Shown piece after piece: positions 1-11,456 of a DNA stretch of 64,000 nt; positions within the stretch are counted from its first letter, which is position 1, and every line of letters begins with the position of its first letter. This DNA comes from Sphyrna mokarran (Eukaryota). The DNA lies in NCBI GenBank assembly GCA_024679065.1, contig JAGIQG010000010.1, positions 52,886,001 to 52,950,000 of the forward strand, in the 5' to 3' direction. The notes below the pieces were generated by a model. It worked only from the letters and a program-made list of their open reading frames with translations, did not search any database and was not told where the DNA came from. The translations under genes and the position numbers were made by a program.

Positions 1-385
1 CTTTGCAGACTTTCAGTGTCCTCTGCACACTTTGCTCTGCCACACATCTTAGTATCTGTCCTCTGCGAACTCTGACACACTACACTTGGTCCCCAACTCC
101 AAGACATCTACGTAAATTGTAAACAATTACAGTCCCAACACCACTGAGGCACACCACTAATCACTGATTGCCGACCAGAAAAATACCCATTTACCCAACT
201 CTTTGCTTTCTGTTAGTTAACCAATCCTTGATCCATGCTAATACATTACCCATAACACCATGCACCTTTACCTTATGAAGTAGCATGTGTGTGACACCTT
301 GTCAAATGAATGCTGAAAATCCAGATATACCACACCCGCAAGTTCCCCATTGTTCACCATTTATGTAATGTTCTCAAAGAATCTG
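1..385 (-). mobile_element. Degenerate CR1 LINE, RT-region fragment
   Basis: Reverse strand resembles CR1 RT (ccttgtcaaatg...aaatccagatatac = degenerate YLDFxKAFDKV region); no open frame. Confidence 0.65.
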
Positions 386-566
386 AGATCATTGACTATA
401 TTCAAGGCTGAGTTAGAAAATTATTAACCAATAAGGTAGTCAAGGACTACATGGCAAGTTAGTTTAGTAGAGGAGTTGAGGCCAGAATCAGATCAGCCAT
501 GACCTTATTAAATGGTGGAGCAGGCTTGAGAGACACATTAGCTTCCCTCTGCTCCTAATTCTGGTG
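386..566 (+). mobile_element. CR1 LINE 3' end
   Basis: atcagatcagccatgaccttattaaatggtggagcaggcttgag...ctgctcctaattct matches the 3' tails of the CR1 copies at 9620-9715 and 15290-15377. Confidence 0.75.
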
Positions 567-789
567 TTATCAACAGACAACAATTTGCATTTACCAAGTC
601 TTTAATATCTATAGATGTTTCAACATATTCAGTGATATCATGATCCGACGTTTACCTTAAAACCCCATCTCCACATGCTTTTCCTTTCCTTGTAACAGCT
701 TTTGTCCTGGAATATTTCACAATGTGATGAGGCTACTTAAAAATACAACTGTTTCCTTATTGTAAAGTGAACAAATGTAAATAATCAAT

Positions 790-896
790 CTGAAAAATTA
801 ATCTTTCTCTCTCAACAGATGCTGCCTAGCATGCTGAGATTTCTAGGACTTTCTGTTTTTATTTCAGATTTCCACCATCTGCACTATTTTGCTTTA
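790..896 (+). mobile_element. Half of a Penelope-derived palindromic repeat
   Basis: ctctctcaacagatgctgcc...tgctgag...tttctgtttttatttcagatttcca; same motif at 1632, 7440, 10700 and 61820. Confidence 0.65.
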
Positions 897-1631
897 CATT
901 TTGTTTCAGACATTGCACACTTCTATCTTAAGTGGGAGTTGGGTGTTGAGGCCAACTATAAAGAACGTACTGCCACCCTGTCAAAAATCACATTATAAGA
1001 TCAAACATAGAACCTGCCTCCTCTTTGTGAATCACCTACATAGTATGTATTCTACTGTTCGAACACAAAAAATGCCTTAGATCCAGATTAATCAGTACAC
1101 TTTTCTATGATTCAAATGGCACAGTATTCTTCACCACTTAGCTAATAAAAGTTTATTCAAAGTACACCCCCATTTTGTTTTTAAAAAATAGTACACTTTT
1201 GAAGATTGTAAGCTTCTGGAAAAACAGTTATTATGTTATTACTGTTAAGCAAATGCTACAACTTCATACTGATCTGAAAGCCAATTCAGAGCCAAATCAT
1301 CTGTTGGGTCCGGCTGTAGAGCAGCTCTCAGATCACTGGTTTTGGCCTCAACTATTTATGATGGAGCCACTCCAGGGCGCATAATCACAATTAGCAGGGG
1401 ATAACGTCACAAACAAGTTGAAGGTTAATCAAAACAATAACAATAAAATATTCCCTCAGTGACAGACCAGAATATCAGACTAAATTATGTACTCAAGGAA
1501 GGCTCAAATCCAAAGCCTTCTGACTTAGATGCAAAACACCTAAAAATTGTGCCAAATAATGAATCACTATTTCCTGCAGTTAATTTACAAATTGCAACTT
1601 TCCTTAATGTTTTCACTCAATGGTCATCCAG

Positions 1632-1706
1632 ACTCAAAAAATTAACTCTGTTCTCTCTCCACAGATGTTGTCTGATCTGCTGAGACTTTCCAGCATTTTG
1701 TTTTTG
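1632..1706 (+). mobile_element. Half of a Penelope-derived palindromic repeat
   Basis: ttaactctgttctctctccacagatgttgtctgatctgctgagactttccagcatttt. Confidence 0.65.
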
Positions 1707-2142
1707 AAACACATTTGTTTAACTGCTCCAGGTTAGTCATTGTCACTTCCCAATAACACTGGCAAACAGCAATTTCCTTCCAATCCTCTCAATATTGCTC
1801 CATGACATCCAGAGCAAATCATGTTTTTTTAAACTCTGGTGAAAAATGTCTGGATTCTGCTTTGCAAATTTTTCAAACTGCACAAGTGGAATCAGGAAAT
1901 TGTTATATGTGATTATTTAAAAATATCAATGTCAATGGACATGTCACAAATCAAAATGTATTTTGTACAGACACCGTTTTAAAATAATCTTCTAAAGAGT
2001 TAAGAAGGTTAAAATTATCAATGTGGAATCTCTTCAGTTAAATTTTTACTCATAATCAATTTTTTTGTGTGGCCCAGTTTTTGCATTTCACAATATACAA
2101 ATGCTTTTGGTTTATCCAGACTCATTGGGTTCATGTAACAGC

Positions 2143-2353
2143 CATGATATGGAGATGCCAGCATTGAACTGGGGTAAGCACAGTAAGAAATCTCACAACA
2201 CCAAATTAAAGTCCAACAGGTTTATCTGGTAGCATGGGTTTTCAGAGCACTGCTCCTTCTTCAGGTGAAGCTCACTTGAAGAAAAAGCAACATTCTGAAA
2301 ACTTGTGCAAACAAACCTATTGGACTTTAACCTGGTGTTGAGGGGCTTCTTAC
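2143..2353. mobile_element. Palindromic Penelope-like non-autonomous element with a hammerhead-like core
   Basis: Inverted arms about 2183-2268 and 2272-2353; CTGAAGA-A-GGAGC-AGT-GCTCT-GAAA on the minus strand at 2240-2264; near-identical direct repeat taacag(a)ccatga at 2136-2147 and 2362-2374. Confidence 0.75.
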
Positions 2354-2470
2354 TTTTTGTATAACAGACCATGAGATAATGTTTTCTCAAAATGAACAAG
2401 TTACTGGAATAACAGGATATTCTTCAATAAGCTTTTAAAATAAAGTGGTAATTCCTTCCCAGTCCAATTT

Positions 2471-2490
2471 TATCTCCCCTCTGGTGGACA
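2471..2490 (-). promoter_or_regulatory. Possible CTCF site
   Basis: Minus strand TGTCCACCAGAGGGGAGATA resembles the CTCF core CCACCAGRGGGCR; motif match only. Confidence 0.3.
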
Positions 2491-3094
2491 CTGGGTATTG
2501 AAGCAGGTCTCCTGAAGTACCTTGCTATGTACAAATTCTTTATGTGTAAATATCAAAATGCTAGTCAATCCTGAAGTCATTATTACCAAGTCTAATCCTG
2601 TTCTCACAATGTTTCTCCAATGTGCTGTGGCGGAAAAAGTGTTTCATTAAAAAATGTTATTTATTTCATTTAATGTTGATTTCTAAAACATGTCATAGTG
2701 CAGGGACTAACTAAATGGAAGCCCTGCTTTAACTTCTGCAAAAAAATGTGAAGAGGGCTGAAGTTTTGGGAATCAAAGTATTCCCTTGCTACCTTTTTTG
2801 GAATGGAATTTCTATGCTTATAGGGCAAGAAGGGTCAATGTTGAGAAATGGAGAACTTTCCCACCATTTAGTTCCACAATTCAGGTTTTTTGACAATACT
2901 TTATTTTGTTTGCTCACACTGTGAAAAAAGGTGATTTGCATAAGCTGGCAATTTTACACGTTATAAATGAGTATGCCCTACCGCTTTCTAAATACAGAAA
3001 TTACTGAACTGTCAGAACAAAACATACAGACTAAAAATGTTAGGTTTATCTTGTGAATAATTCACAAAGGTAATGGGAAACAGCAATATACTGA

Positions 3095-3765
3095 TTTTGA
3101 TTTGAATTATGTCACACATATTGATGTTGTTTTGTCCATCATCAGCGATGAGAACCTCAACACCATTAGTCATTTTGAGGCTGGATGCAATGTGTCCAAA
3201 GATGACTGATCAGACCAATTCAGCACAGAATGCCCTGGCACATATTGGACAGACTTGTGTAGACATTGTAGTTGTTGCGCTGGTGGGTCTGGACTTGCAC
3301 AGCTCACACTTAAGTTATTCTTCAGCAATACACCTTGCTTCATGAGCTTGACAGCCTTTGTGGATGAGGCAGTGCTAGGTAGGGCTGTTTTGTGCCAGCA
3401 TTTCCAGGTGGTCCTGTCAATGTCAAGCGACTTCAGGGAGGCCTTGAATGTGATTTTGAAACGTTTCTTCTGTCCTCCATGTGAGCATCTTCCAGTAGAG
3501 AGCTCCCCAAAAAGGAGCTGCTTGGGTATGCGCTCATCTGACATATGGATGACATGACCTGCCCACCAGCTCTGCGCTCTCATCAGCAGTGAATGGACCG
3601 ATGGTAGACTTGCTCTAGAGAGAACTTCAATGTCTGGTACTTTGTCTTGCCATTGGATGTGTAATATTCTAGGAAGTCATGTGGAAATGGTTGAGCTGTC
3701 TTGCATGTCTTCGATACACAGTCCATGTTTCACAGGCATACAGGAGGGTAGTGAGTACTGTGGCC
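3095..3765 (-). mobile_element. RTE-clade LINE 3' fragment
   Basis: ORF 3170-3583 WAGHVIHMSDERIPKQLLFGELSTGRCSHGGQKKRFK is a typical RTE/BovB-like C-terminal motif; short aatca-type tail near 3095. Confidence 0.85.
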
Positions 3766-3774
3766 CTTTATCTT

Positions 3775-6400
3775 GTCGCCATGTCCCCTTTTTCAATACT
3801 CTCCCACTCATGAAAATATCTATCTACCCTGTCAAGCCCCCTTCAGGATTTTATATGTTTGAATATATAATTCATACACTAGATCCCTTTGTCCTTCTCT
3901 CACCTGCAGTCTCTCTTCATTTAAATTATAATCTGTCTTTAAATTCCTCCTACCACAGTGCATGACCTCACATTTCCCGACATCAAATTCCATTTGCTAG
4001 ATTTTCGTCCAGTCACCAGTCTACTTATATCCCTTTGTAGAATCACAATATTCTCATCACAAAATGCCCGCCCACCTTTCAGCAGCAAATTTGGAAACTT
4101 TACATTCTGCTCCTTCCTCCAGGTCATTGATATAAATAGTGAACAACTGTGGGCCAAGAACTGATCCCTATGGTACCTCACTAGTTCATTCTGAAAATGA
4201 CTGATTTATTCCAACTGTGTGTTTCTGATGTGACAGCCAGTTTTCAATCCATGATAACACACTTCCTCTAATTCCGTGGGCTTTTAATTTATGCACCAGT
4301 CTCTTATGTGGCAACTTGTCAAATGCCTTTTGGAAATCTAAATACACTATATTTACAGGGTCCCCTGTATTGACTCACCCAATTACATCCTCAAAAGAAT
4401 TTGAGCAAATTTGTCAAACATGATTTTCCTTTCATAAAACCATGTTGACTAGGTTTGATTATACTCAGTTTTACTAAATGATTAGCTATTTCCTCTTTGA
4501 TTATTGACCCCAGCATCTTGTTAATAATAGATCTTAAACTAACTGACCTTTACTTCCCTGCTTTCTGCCTTTCTCCAATTTCAAAAAGCTTTCACACTGG
4601 TTGTTTTCCAATCTTCTGGTACTCTTCCAAAATCTAGCAACTTACGAAAACTTACATCCTCTCCAAGCCACTTCCTTTAAAATCCAAGCATGCAGTTATT
4701 TGGGTTCCGGCGATTTGACTGCCTTTAGCTCTTTGAGTTTCACTAATACTCTATCCTTTTTGATTGGGATTTTTCCAAGTTATACCATGTCATTTGAAAT
4801 TAGCCTATCTGATACCTTGGATATATCTGCAATGTCTTCCATGGTGAAGACTGACACAAAAACATTATTTAGCATGGCTGCCATTTCTTTAGTTGCTGTT
4901 ATCAATCCACAACCTCATTTAGAAGAGATCATACATTTGCCATCTGCTTTCTATTCATATATCCATAGAACCTCTGCATATAACTTTTCTCTCAAAATTA
5001 ATTTTCTCCCTTTATTTGGGTATTTTAGTCTATTGCTGCTAGAACCTAAAACATTCCCAGCCTTCTGATCTCCAACTACTCCTTGTCACTCTGTACCTCC
5101 TGTTTTTCAATTTAACATTATCCTCAGCCTCCTTTTTAACCATGGAGTTTGCCTCTTCCTCTTGAGATCCCTCTTTTTAATTGGAACAAACTCTTGTTAA
5201 GCATTTTGGACCAGCTGTTCGAATATCTGTCATTGTTCATCTGCTGACCTGTATCTTGGCTTGTTTACCCAGTTCACCTTAGACAACTCCTTCCTCATAC
5301 CATTATAATTCCCTTTATTTAAGTGAAAACACTGATTGTGGACCTATGGCATTCACCCTCAAATTGTATTTGGAATTCTATCATATTGTGGTTACTACCT
5401 CCCAGGGGATCCTTAACCACAAGATCCCTTCTTAAGCTTTCTTCATTAAACAAAACCAATTCTAAAATAGCCCATTCCCAAGTAGGTTCCAGAATATACT
5501 GCTCTAAAAAGCCATCACTGATGCACTCTAAAAATTCTTCTACTAAGCTACACTTGCCAGTTTGGTTTGTTCAAATCAATCTGCAGATTAAAATCTCCTA
5601 TGATAATTGAATGCCCTTCAAACATATACTTGATACTTCCCCCTTTGTGCATTGACTTCTTGAAGTGGCACATTTTAGGGATATATAGACTGCTCTTACC
5701 CTGGTCTTTCTCTTTCTGCTATTCATGATTTCAATCTAAATCAGTTATACATTTCTATCCACTGCTCCAAAACCTTCCTTTCCTCTTTGGCCTGTTCCTT
5801 TGGAGTATTTAGCACCTGGTTCTGGTCACCCTGCAGCCACATTTCTGTAATAGCTATTACATCACATCCATATGTTGCAGCATGTGTTAACAAGTTACCT
5901 ATCTTATTGCAAATGCTTTGTGTATTCAGATAAAACAACATTTAGCTCTGATTTTTTTTTTACAGTCGTTGACAACTCTGGATTTGCTCTGTGTTGCATA
6001 TTTTTATTTACACTTCCTGCCCCAGTCTATCACATTACGACAGTCAAGATTCCACTAGCTATCCTGTGCCACTATTCCCTCATATTCTCCTACTTTTTTT
6101 AAACCTTCCATTCTTGGAACCCTCACTCCTCCTAGTTAAAGTTTTTATATGAATCCTTGGTGTAATATAATGTTGATATCGTCTGTCCCTACCTCTAATT
6201 TTCTGCTGGCACTCAAGTAGATCTCTAAACTGCGCTCCTACCTTTAACTTCCTAACTTTTCCAAGCAACTGATCCCTCTTTAGCTTAAAGGCCTTTCTAT
6301 TTCCCTAATTATATGGTCCACAAGAACACTGGTCCCAGCATGGTTCAGATATAGGCTGCCCTGCAATACACCCCCGACACTTCCCTGCATTAATGCCAAT
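3775..6400 (-). mobile_element. Old, long CR1 LINE with a decayed endonuclease-RT ORF2
   Basis: ORF 5741-5941 YLNTQSICNKIG...DVIAITEMWLQ (APE endonuclease N-terminus); RT remnants 3940-4560; many stops and indels. Confidence 0.8.
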
Positions 6401-7306
6401 GTAAGAAGTCTCTCAACATCAGGTTAAAGTCCAAAAGGTTTATTTGGTAATCAAGGCCACTAGCTTTCGGAATACTGTTCCTTTGTCAGGTGAGTGGGGA
6501 GTTCTGATCATAAACAGGGCATATAAAGGCACACATAGTTTACAGGATACTGATTAGAATGCAAGTCTCAATTCAGAGTCCCAACAAGTTGGGACATTCC
6601 TGATCGAAGCTGACAAGACAGGGCTCTAACCACCTTGTTGTGGGCTTGATCTACATGATTCAAACTGATTGGAATAGGTGTAGCTCCTCCTGCAAGGCTT
6701 GATCTTATTTGCATCTTAGTCAAAAGACCAAGATGCTGCTTTAAAAAATTGCTTCAAATGGAGCTGATATGTAAGCTTGAGGTGAGGGGGGTAAGGTATA
6801 ATTTGGATGCTAGAGGGAGTTTTTTCACACAGAGGGTGGTGAGGATATGGACTATCGCTGTGCTATGCTGATACATGGATTTGGGCCTGTGTCTGTGGGA
6901 GTTTGCGCATTCTCCCCGTGCTTGCGTGGTTTTCTCTGGGTGCTCCGGTTTCCTCCCACATCCCATCGATGTGCTCTTAGGCTAACTGGCAAAACAAATT
7001 CTCCCTAAATTGTCTCAAATTTGGTTTTTAACCCATAGATCTATAAACATAGACAGGGATCACGGGTAGAGGTGGGAACATCGGGGTGGCGGCGGGGCTC
7101 GTTGAGCTGAAGGGCCTGTTTCCGTGCTGTTTTGTTCTTTGTTCTTTACAGCTAATCAAGTCTTAAAGGTGCAAACAATATGAGTGGAGGTAGCATTAAG
7201 CATAGGTTAAAGAGACGTGTATTATTTCCAGACAGGATAGTAAGTGAGATGTTACAAGTTCAGGCAAGTCATAGGGGTTACAGATAGTGTGACATGAATC
7301 CCAAGA
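6401..7306 (-). mobile_element. Penelope-like element 3' portion, interrupted by an insertion at 6569-7147
   Basis: Terminal arm similar to those at 2183 and 39834; tgcaagtct|ttacagctaat is contiguous in the 39990 copy; minus strand near 7305 reads GFMSHYL-stop, like a PLE ORF end. Confidence 0.7.
6569..7147 (+). mobile_element. Composite retroposon: inverted U2-like segment + CR1 fragment + V-SINE-like core + (TTGTTCT)n tail
   Basis: 6850-7147 is highly similar to 17369-17674; 6698-6736 is reverse-complementary to the U2 snRNA 5' end; 6773-6852 is CR1-like (ttttttcacacagagggtggtgagg). Confidence 0.7.
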
Positions 7307-7363
7307 GCTGGAGGTCTGTTCTTTAGTTTAGTGTCTAACTCCTCAATAGATAATTCAACTTAG

Positions 7364-7535
7364 AACAAAAACAGAAAAGGCTGGGAAAACTCAGCAGGTC
7401 TGACAGCATCCGTGGAGAGGTCATCCAGACTCGAAACATTGGCTCTATTCTTTCTCCATAGGTGCTGTCAGACCTGCTGAGTTATAAGTACGTTCTGTTT
7501 TGTTTTAGATGCCAGCATCCACAGTATTTAGTCTT
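7364..7535. mobile_element. Palindromic Penelope-derived element
   Basis: actcagcaggtctgacagcatc pairs with gtgctgtcagacctgctgagt; 13-bp imperfect TSD taattcaacttag / taattccaattag. Confidence 0.75.
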
Positions 7536-7552
7536 TAATTCCAATTAGCAGT

Positions 7553-9715
7553 TATTACAGTGCGCTGGTTGGTAGGACAGCTGAGGAACAGTGGGGGATT
7601 TTTAAAGAGATCTTTTTCGGTACTCAGCAAAAATATATTCTGATGGTGAAGAAGGACTGTAGGAGAAGGGAAAATCAGCCGTGTTTCTCCAAGGAAATTA
7701 AGGAGAGTATTAAATCAAAAGCTGAAGCGTTCAGAATGGCTAAAAATAGTGGGCGACCGGAGGATTGGGGAAGTTTCAAACAACAGCAAAAAATAACTAA
7801 AAAGGTGATTAAAAAAGGAAAGATGGAATATGAGGCTAAATTAACTCAAAACATCAAAAAGGACAGTAAGAGTTTTTATAAGTATATAAAGAATAGGAGG
7901 ATGGCCAGAGTTAATGTAGGATCCTTGGAGGATGAGAGGGGTGGTTTAATGGTGGATGACACAGATATGGCAGAGACTTTGAATAAGTTTTTTGTATCGG
8001 TCATTACGAAGGAGGACGTAAATAGCTTGCCCGACATTAAGGATAGAAGGGTGGTAGATGAGGAGGTCCTTGATGAGATTACAGTCACTAGAGAGGTGGT
8101 GTTTGATCAGCTAATGGGGCTGAGGGCAGATAAGTCCCCGGGATCGGATGGAATGCATCCCAGGGTCCTCAAGGAAATGGCAGAGGTGATAGCAGAAGCC
8201 CTGGTAATTATCTTTCAAAATTTGCTGGACTCTGGAAAAGTGCCGGAAGATTGGAAAACGGCTAACGTTATGCTACTGTTTAAAAAAGGTAGCAGACAGA
8301 AGGCAGGGAATTATAGGCCAGGTAGCTTAATGTCTGTAGTACAAAAAATGCTTGAATCTGTAGTCAAAGCAGAAATAATGAGGCACCTGGATACGAACTG
8401 TTTGATCAGGCAGTCGTAGCATGGATTCATTAAGGGGAAGTCATGCTTGACTAATTTATTGGAGGTCTATGAGGAAGTGACTAGTGCGGTAGATAGAGGG
8501 GAACCAGTGGATGTGGTGTTTTTGGATTTCCAAAAAGCCTTTGATAAGGTGCCTCACAAAAGATTGCTGCAGAAGGTTAAGATGCAGAGAGTTGGGGGTA
8601 GGATGTTAGACTGGATAGAGGATTGGTTGTCTAATAGGAAGCAGAGGGTAGATATTAATGGTACTATTCTGATTGGCAACTGGTGACTTGTGGAGTGCCC
8701 CAAGGTTCGGTGCTGGGGCCTCAACTATATACCATTTACACAGGTGATCTGGAGGAAGGGGCTGAGTGCAGGGTGACGAAATTTGCTGATGACACGAAGA
8801 TGAGTGGAAAAGCAAATTGCGTGGAGGGTGTGGAAAGCCTGCAGAGGGATCTGGATAGGTTGAGTGAGTGAGCGAGGACCTGGCAGATGGAGTAAAATGT
8901 TCGCAAGTGTGAGGTTATCCACTTTGGGAAGAATAATGGTAGGAAGGACTACTATTTAAATGGAGAAAAGCTGCAGCATGCGACGGTGCAGAGGGACCTG
9001 GGGTCCTTGTGCACGAATCACAAAAACACAGTATGCAGGTGCAGCAGATGATTAAGGCGGCGAATGCAATGTTGGTCTTTATAGCTAGGGGGATAGAATA
9101 TAAAAGTAGGGAGGTTCTGTTGCAGCTGTATAGGGTGTTGGTGAGGCCGCAGCTGGAGTACTGTGTGCAGTTTTGGTCTCCGCATTTGAGGAAGGATATA
9201 TTGGCCTTGGAGGGGGTGTAGAGAAGGTTTACTAGGCTGATACCGGAGGTGAGAGCATTGGATTATGAGGAGAGACTGAATAGGCTAGGTTTGTACTTTT
9301 TGGAGTTTAGAAGGCTGAGAGGGGATCTTATAGAGACATATAAGATAATGAAGGAGATGGATAGGGTAGAGGTTGAGAGACTCTTTCCGCTTAGCAAAGA
9401 TTGCAGGACTAGAGGGCACAGCCTCAAGATGGGGGAGGGGTTCAGATCAGAGTTGCGGAGGGGTTTCTTCATTGAAAAAGAATGGTGAATCTTTGGAATT
9501 CTCTGCCTTATGAGGTGGTGGAGGCTCCCTCACTGAATATGTTCAAATCAAGAGTGGATAGATTTTTAATTGACAAGGGAATTAAGGGTTATGAGGAGAA
9601 AGCGGGAAAGTGGTACTGAACCACTACAAATTAGCCACGATCTTATTGAATGGCGGGGCAGGCTCAAGGGGCTGGATGGCCTACTCCTGCTTCTATTTCT
9701 TATGTTCTTATGTTC
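7553..9715 (+). mobile_element. Young 5'-truncated CR1 LINE (RT pseudogene)
   Basis: ORFs 7643-8419, 8447-8686, 8683-8871, 9009-9221 and 9249-9488 with KSPGSDGMHPRVLKE, FLDFQKAFDKVPH, GVPQGSVLGP, KFADDTK; (TTCTTATG)n tail. Confidence 0.95.
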
Positions 9716-10574
9716 ACCAGCCAAGAAATTACTGTTTTCCTGTGATGTCACTCCTGGATTTTCTTTTTAACCTCAGTCTGCTGTCTCAGTTCAGTGAATT
9801 CCTCACAGGTCCTGCTGTCTCCACTCTCCAGAAAGTAAGGGAAAACCTTGAGCCTGTCTTTTTATCCTCTCCTTATACAGTATGCTCCTCGCAGGCTGGC
9901 TACCTCCACTTCCGAGAAAGTAAACTTACATCTTAGTTTTATAACAGCTTTAAATTTTGACTAAAAGTTATATTATAAATGTATTTCATTCCCCAATATT
10001 CTCCAATATCATCAAACCAGCAAAAAGATAATTTTTGAACAATGTGACTGAATGTCAAAATCACAAGAACTGTTCTTAGATCATCAGTGCCACTGTATCA
10101 AGTTCCCACATCAACAATCCTTGGGGCCTGCGTGAGATTGTTCATTTGTTTCAAATTATTGGCCTGTTTATAGTGTGAGCCAATGCCCATGAGTAAACTG
10201 TTGAACTTCGTTCAAATTCATTCACATAGAATTTTTGCAGTCAGGAAAGGCAAGAGATTTTCATCTCACCAGTCTATGCTGGGTTTAAATTCATCTGAAA
10301 GGAGGGTATTCTTTCCCACAGTCCCTAACAGTTACTGGAAGCACAACTTGCACTCAGATCTAATGCATACAAACCATCAGAGCCCTCAAGTACAAGAAAA
10401 TACATTGTTCTAAAAATAAACTGGCAGTGTTTGTCCATATATTTCATTATTCAGGAGCTATTAATAGATCCTGTCATGTTGTAAAACAACAGTTCGAGGC
10501 TTCAGACTGTCCAGAGCTCCCTCCTGATTAGTGACTTAACTACATCAGCAAAGACTGAGAGTAAAACTCAAGTG

Positions 10575-10778
10575 AAAATAGAAAATGCTGGATAAATTCA
10601 GCAGATCAGGCAACATCTGTAGAGAGAGAAAAACAGAGTTAGTTTCAGGCCCCACCGACCCCTTGCACAAACCTGTTTCTAGTGAAAGTTCATTGACCTC
10701 AAACGTTAACTCAGTTTCTTCCTCCCTGGATGCTACAAGACTTGCTGGAATTTTCGAGCATTTTCTGTTTTTATTTCA
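10575..10778. mobile_element. Palindromic Penelope-derived element
   Basis: gaaaatgctggataaattcagcag...gagtta pairs with ttaactc...ctgg...gcattttc; degenerate ctagtgaaagttcattgacctcaaacgttaac core. Confidence 0.7.
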
Positions 10779-10959
10779 TACAATCCATTCTAGGTAAGCA
10801 TTATTCTCAAATAAAATGTATTTCAACATGTAAATTTTCTGAGTTTCTATATTCCTCACATTATGAATTATATTCAAATACTTGCTCAAAGCACCCACTG
10901 GGAAAAATTATGTCTAAAATCATCAATCTAACTGATTTACTCACACAAGCATTCAAGGA

Positions 10960-11456
10960 TTGATATATTCCAACCTCAATCCTTAAATTCAATAGCTTTC
11001 CAAACTCACAGCTATTACCATCTAGAAGGACAAGGATAAGTAATGCAAAGAAATCAACTGCAAATTCCCCTCCAAGTCACACACCATTCCAATTTGGAAC
11101 TATATTGCCCTTTCTTCACTGTCACTAGGTCAAAATCTTTTTTTGATTTGATGTATCATTGTCACATGTATTAGTATATGGTGAAAAGTATTGTTTCTTA
11201 TGCGGTACACAAAGCATACTGTATATAGAGAAGGAAAGAGAGCGCAGAATGTAGAATTAGAGGTAATGCTGGGCACAGCCTGCAAGAAGTTGCCACACTC
11301 CAACACCATCTTGAATTGAATCCTGGCACTTCCTTCCCAACAGCACTTGGCTGTTTAAAAAGGAAGAACACCATCATCTTTCTAAGAGCAATTATGGAAG
11401 AGCAATAAACACTGGCCTGGTCAGTGATGTCCACATCCCCTGAATAAATAAAAAAT
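10960..11456 (+). mobile_element. L2/CR1-group LINE 3' end, split by an insertion at 11138-11318
   Basis: ctgcaaattcccctccaagtcacacacc...ggtcaaaatc|ctggcacttccttcccaacagc...cacatcccctgaataaataaaaa; same family at 22870, 24240 and 34310. Confidence 0.75.
11138..11318 (-). mobile_element. Short non-autonomous element with a Rex1/Babar-type tail
   Basis: Minus strand starts caattcaagatggtgttggag; attctgcgctctctttccttctctat matches the LINE tail at 63963-63991; AATC duplication at 11134-11137 and 11319-11322. Confidence 0.7.
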
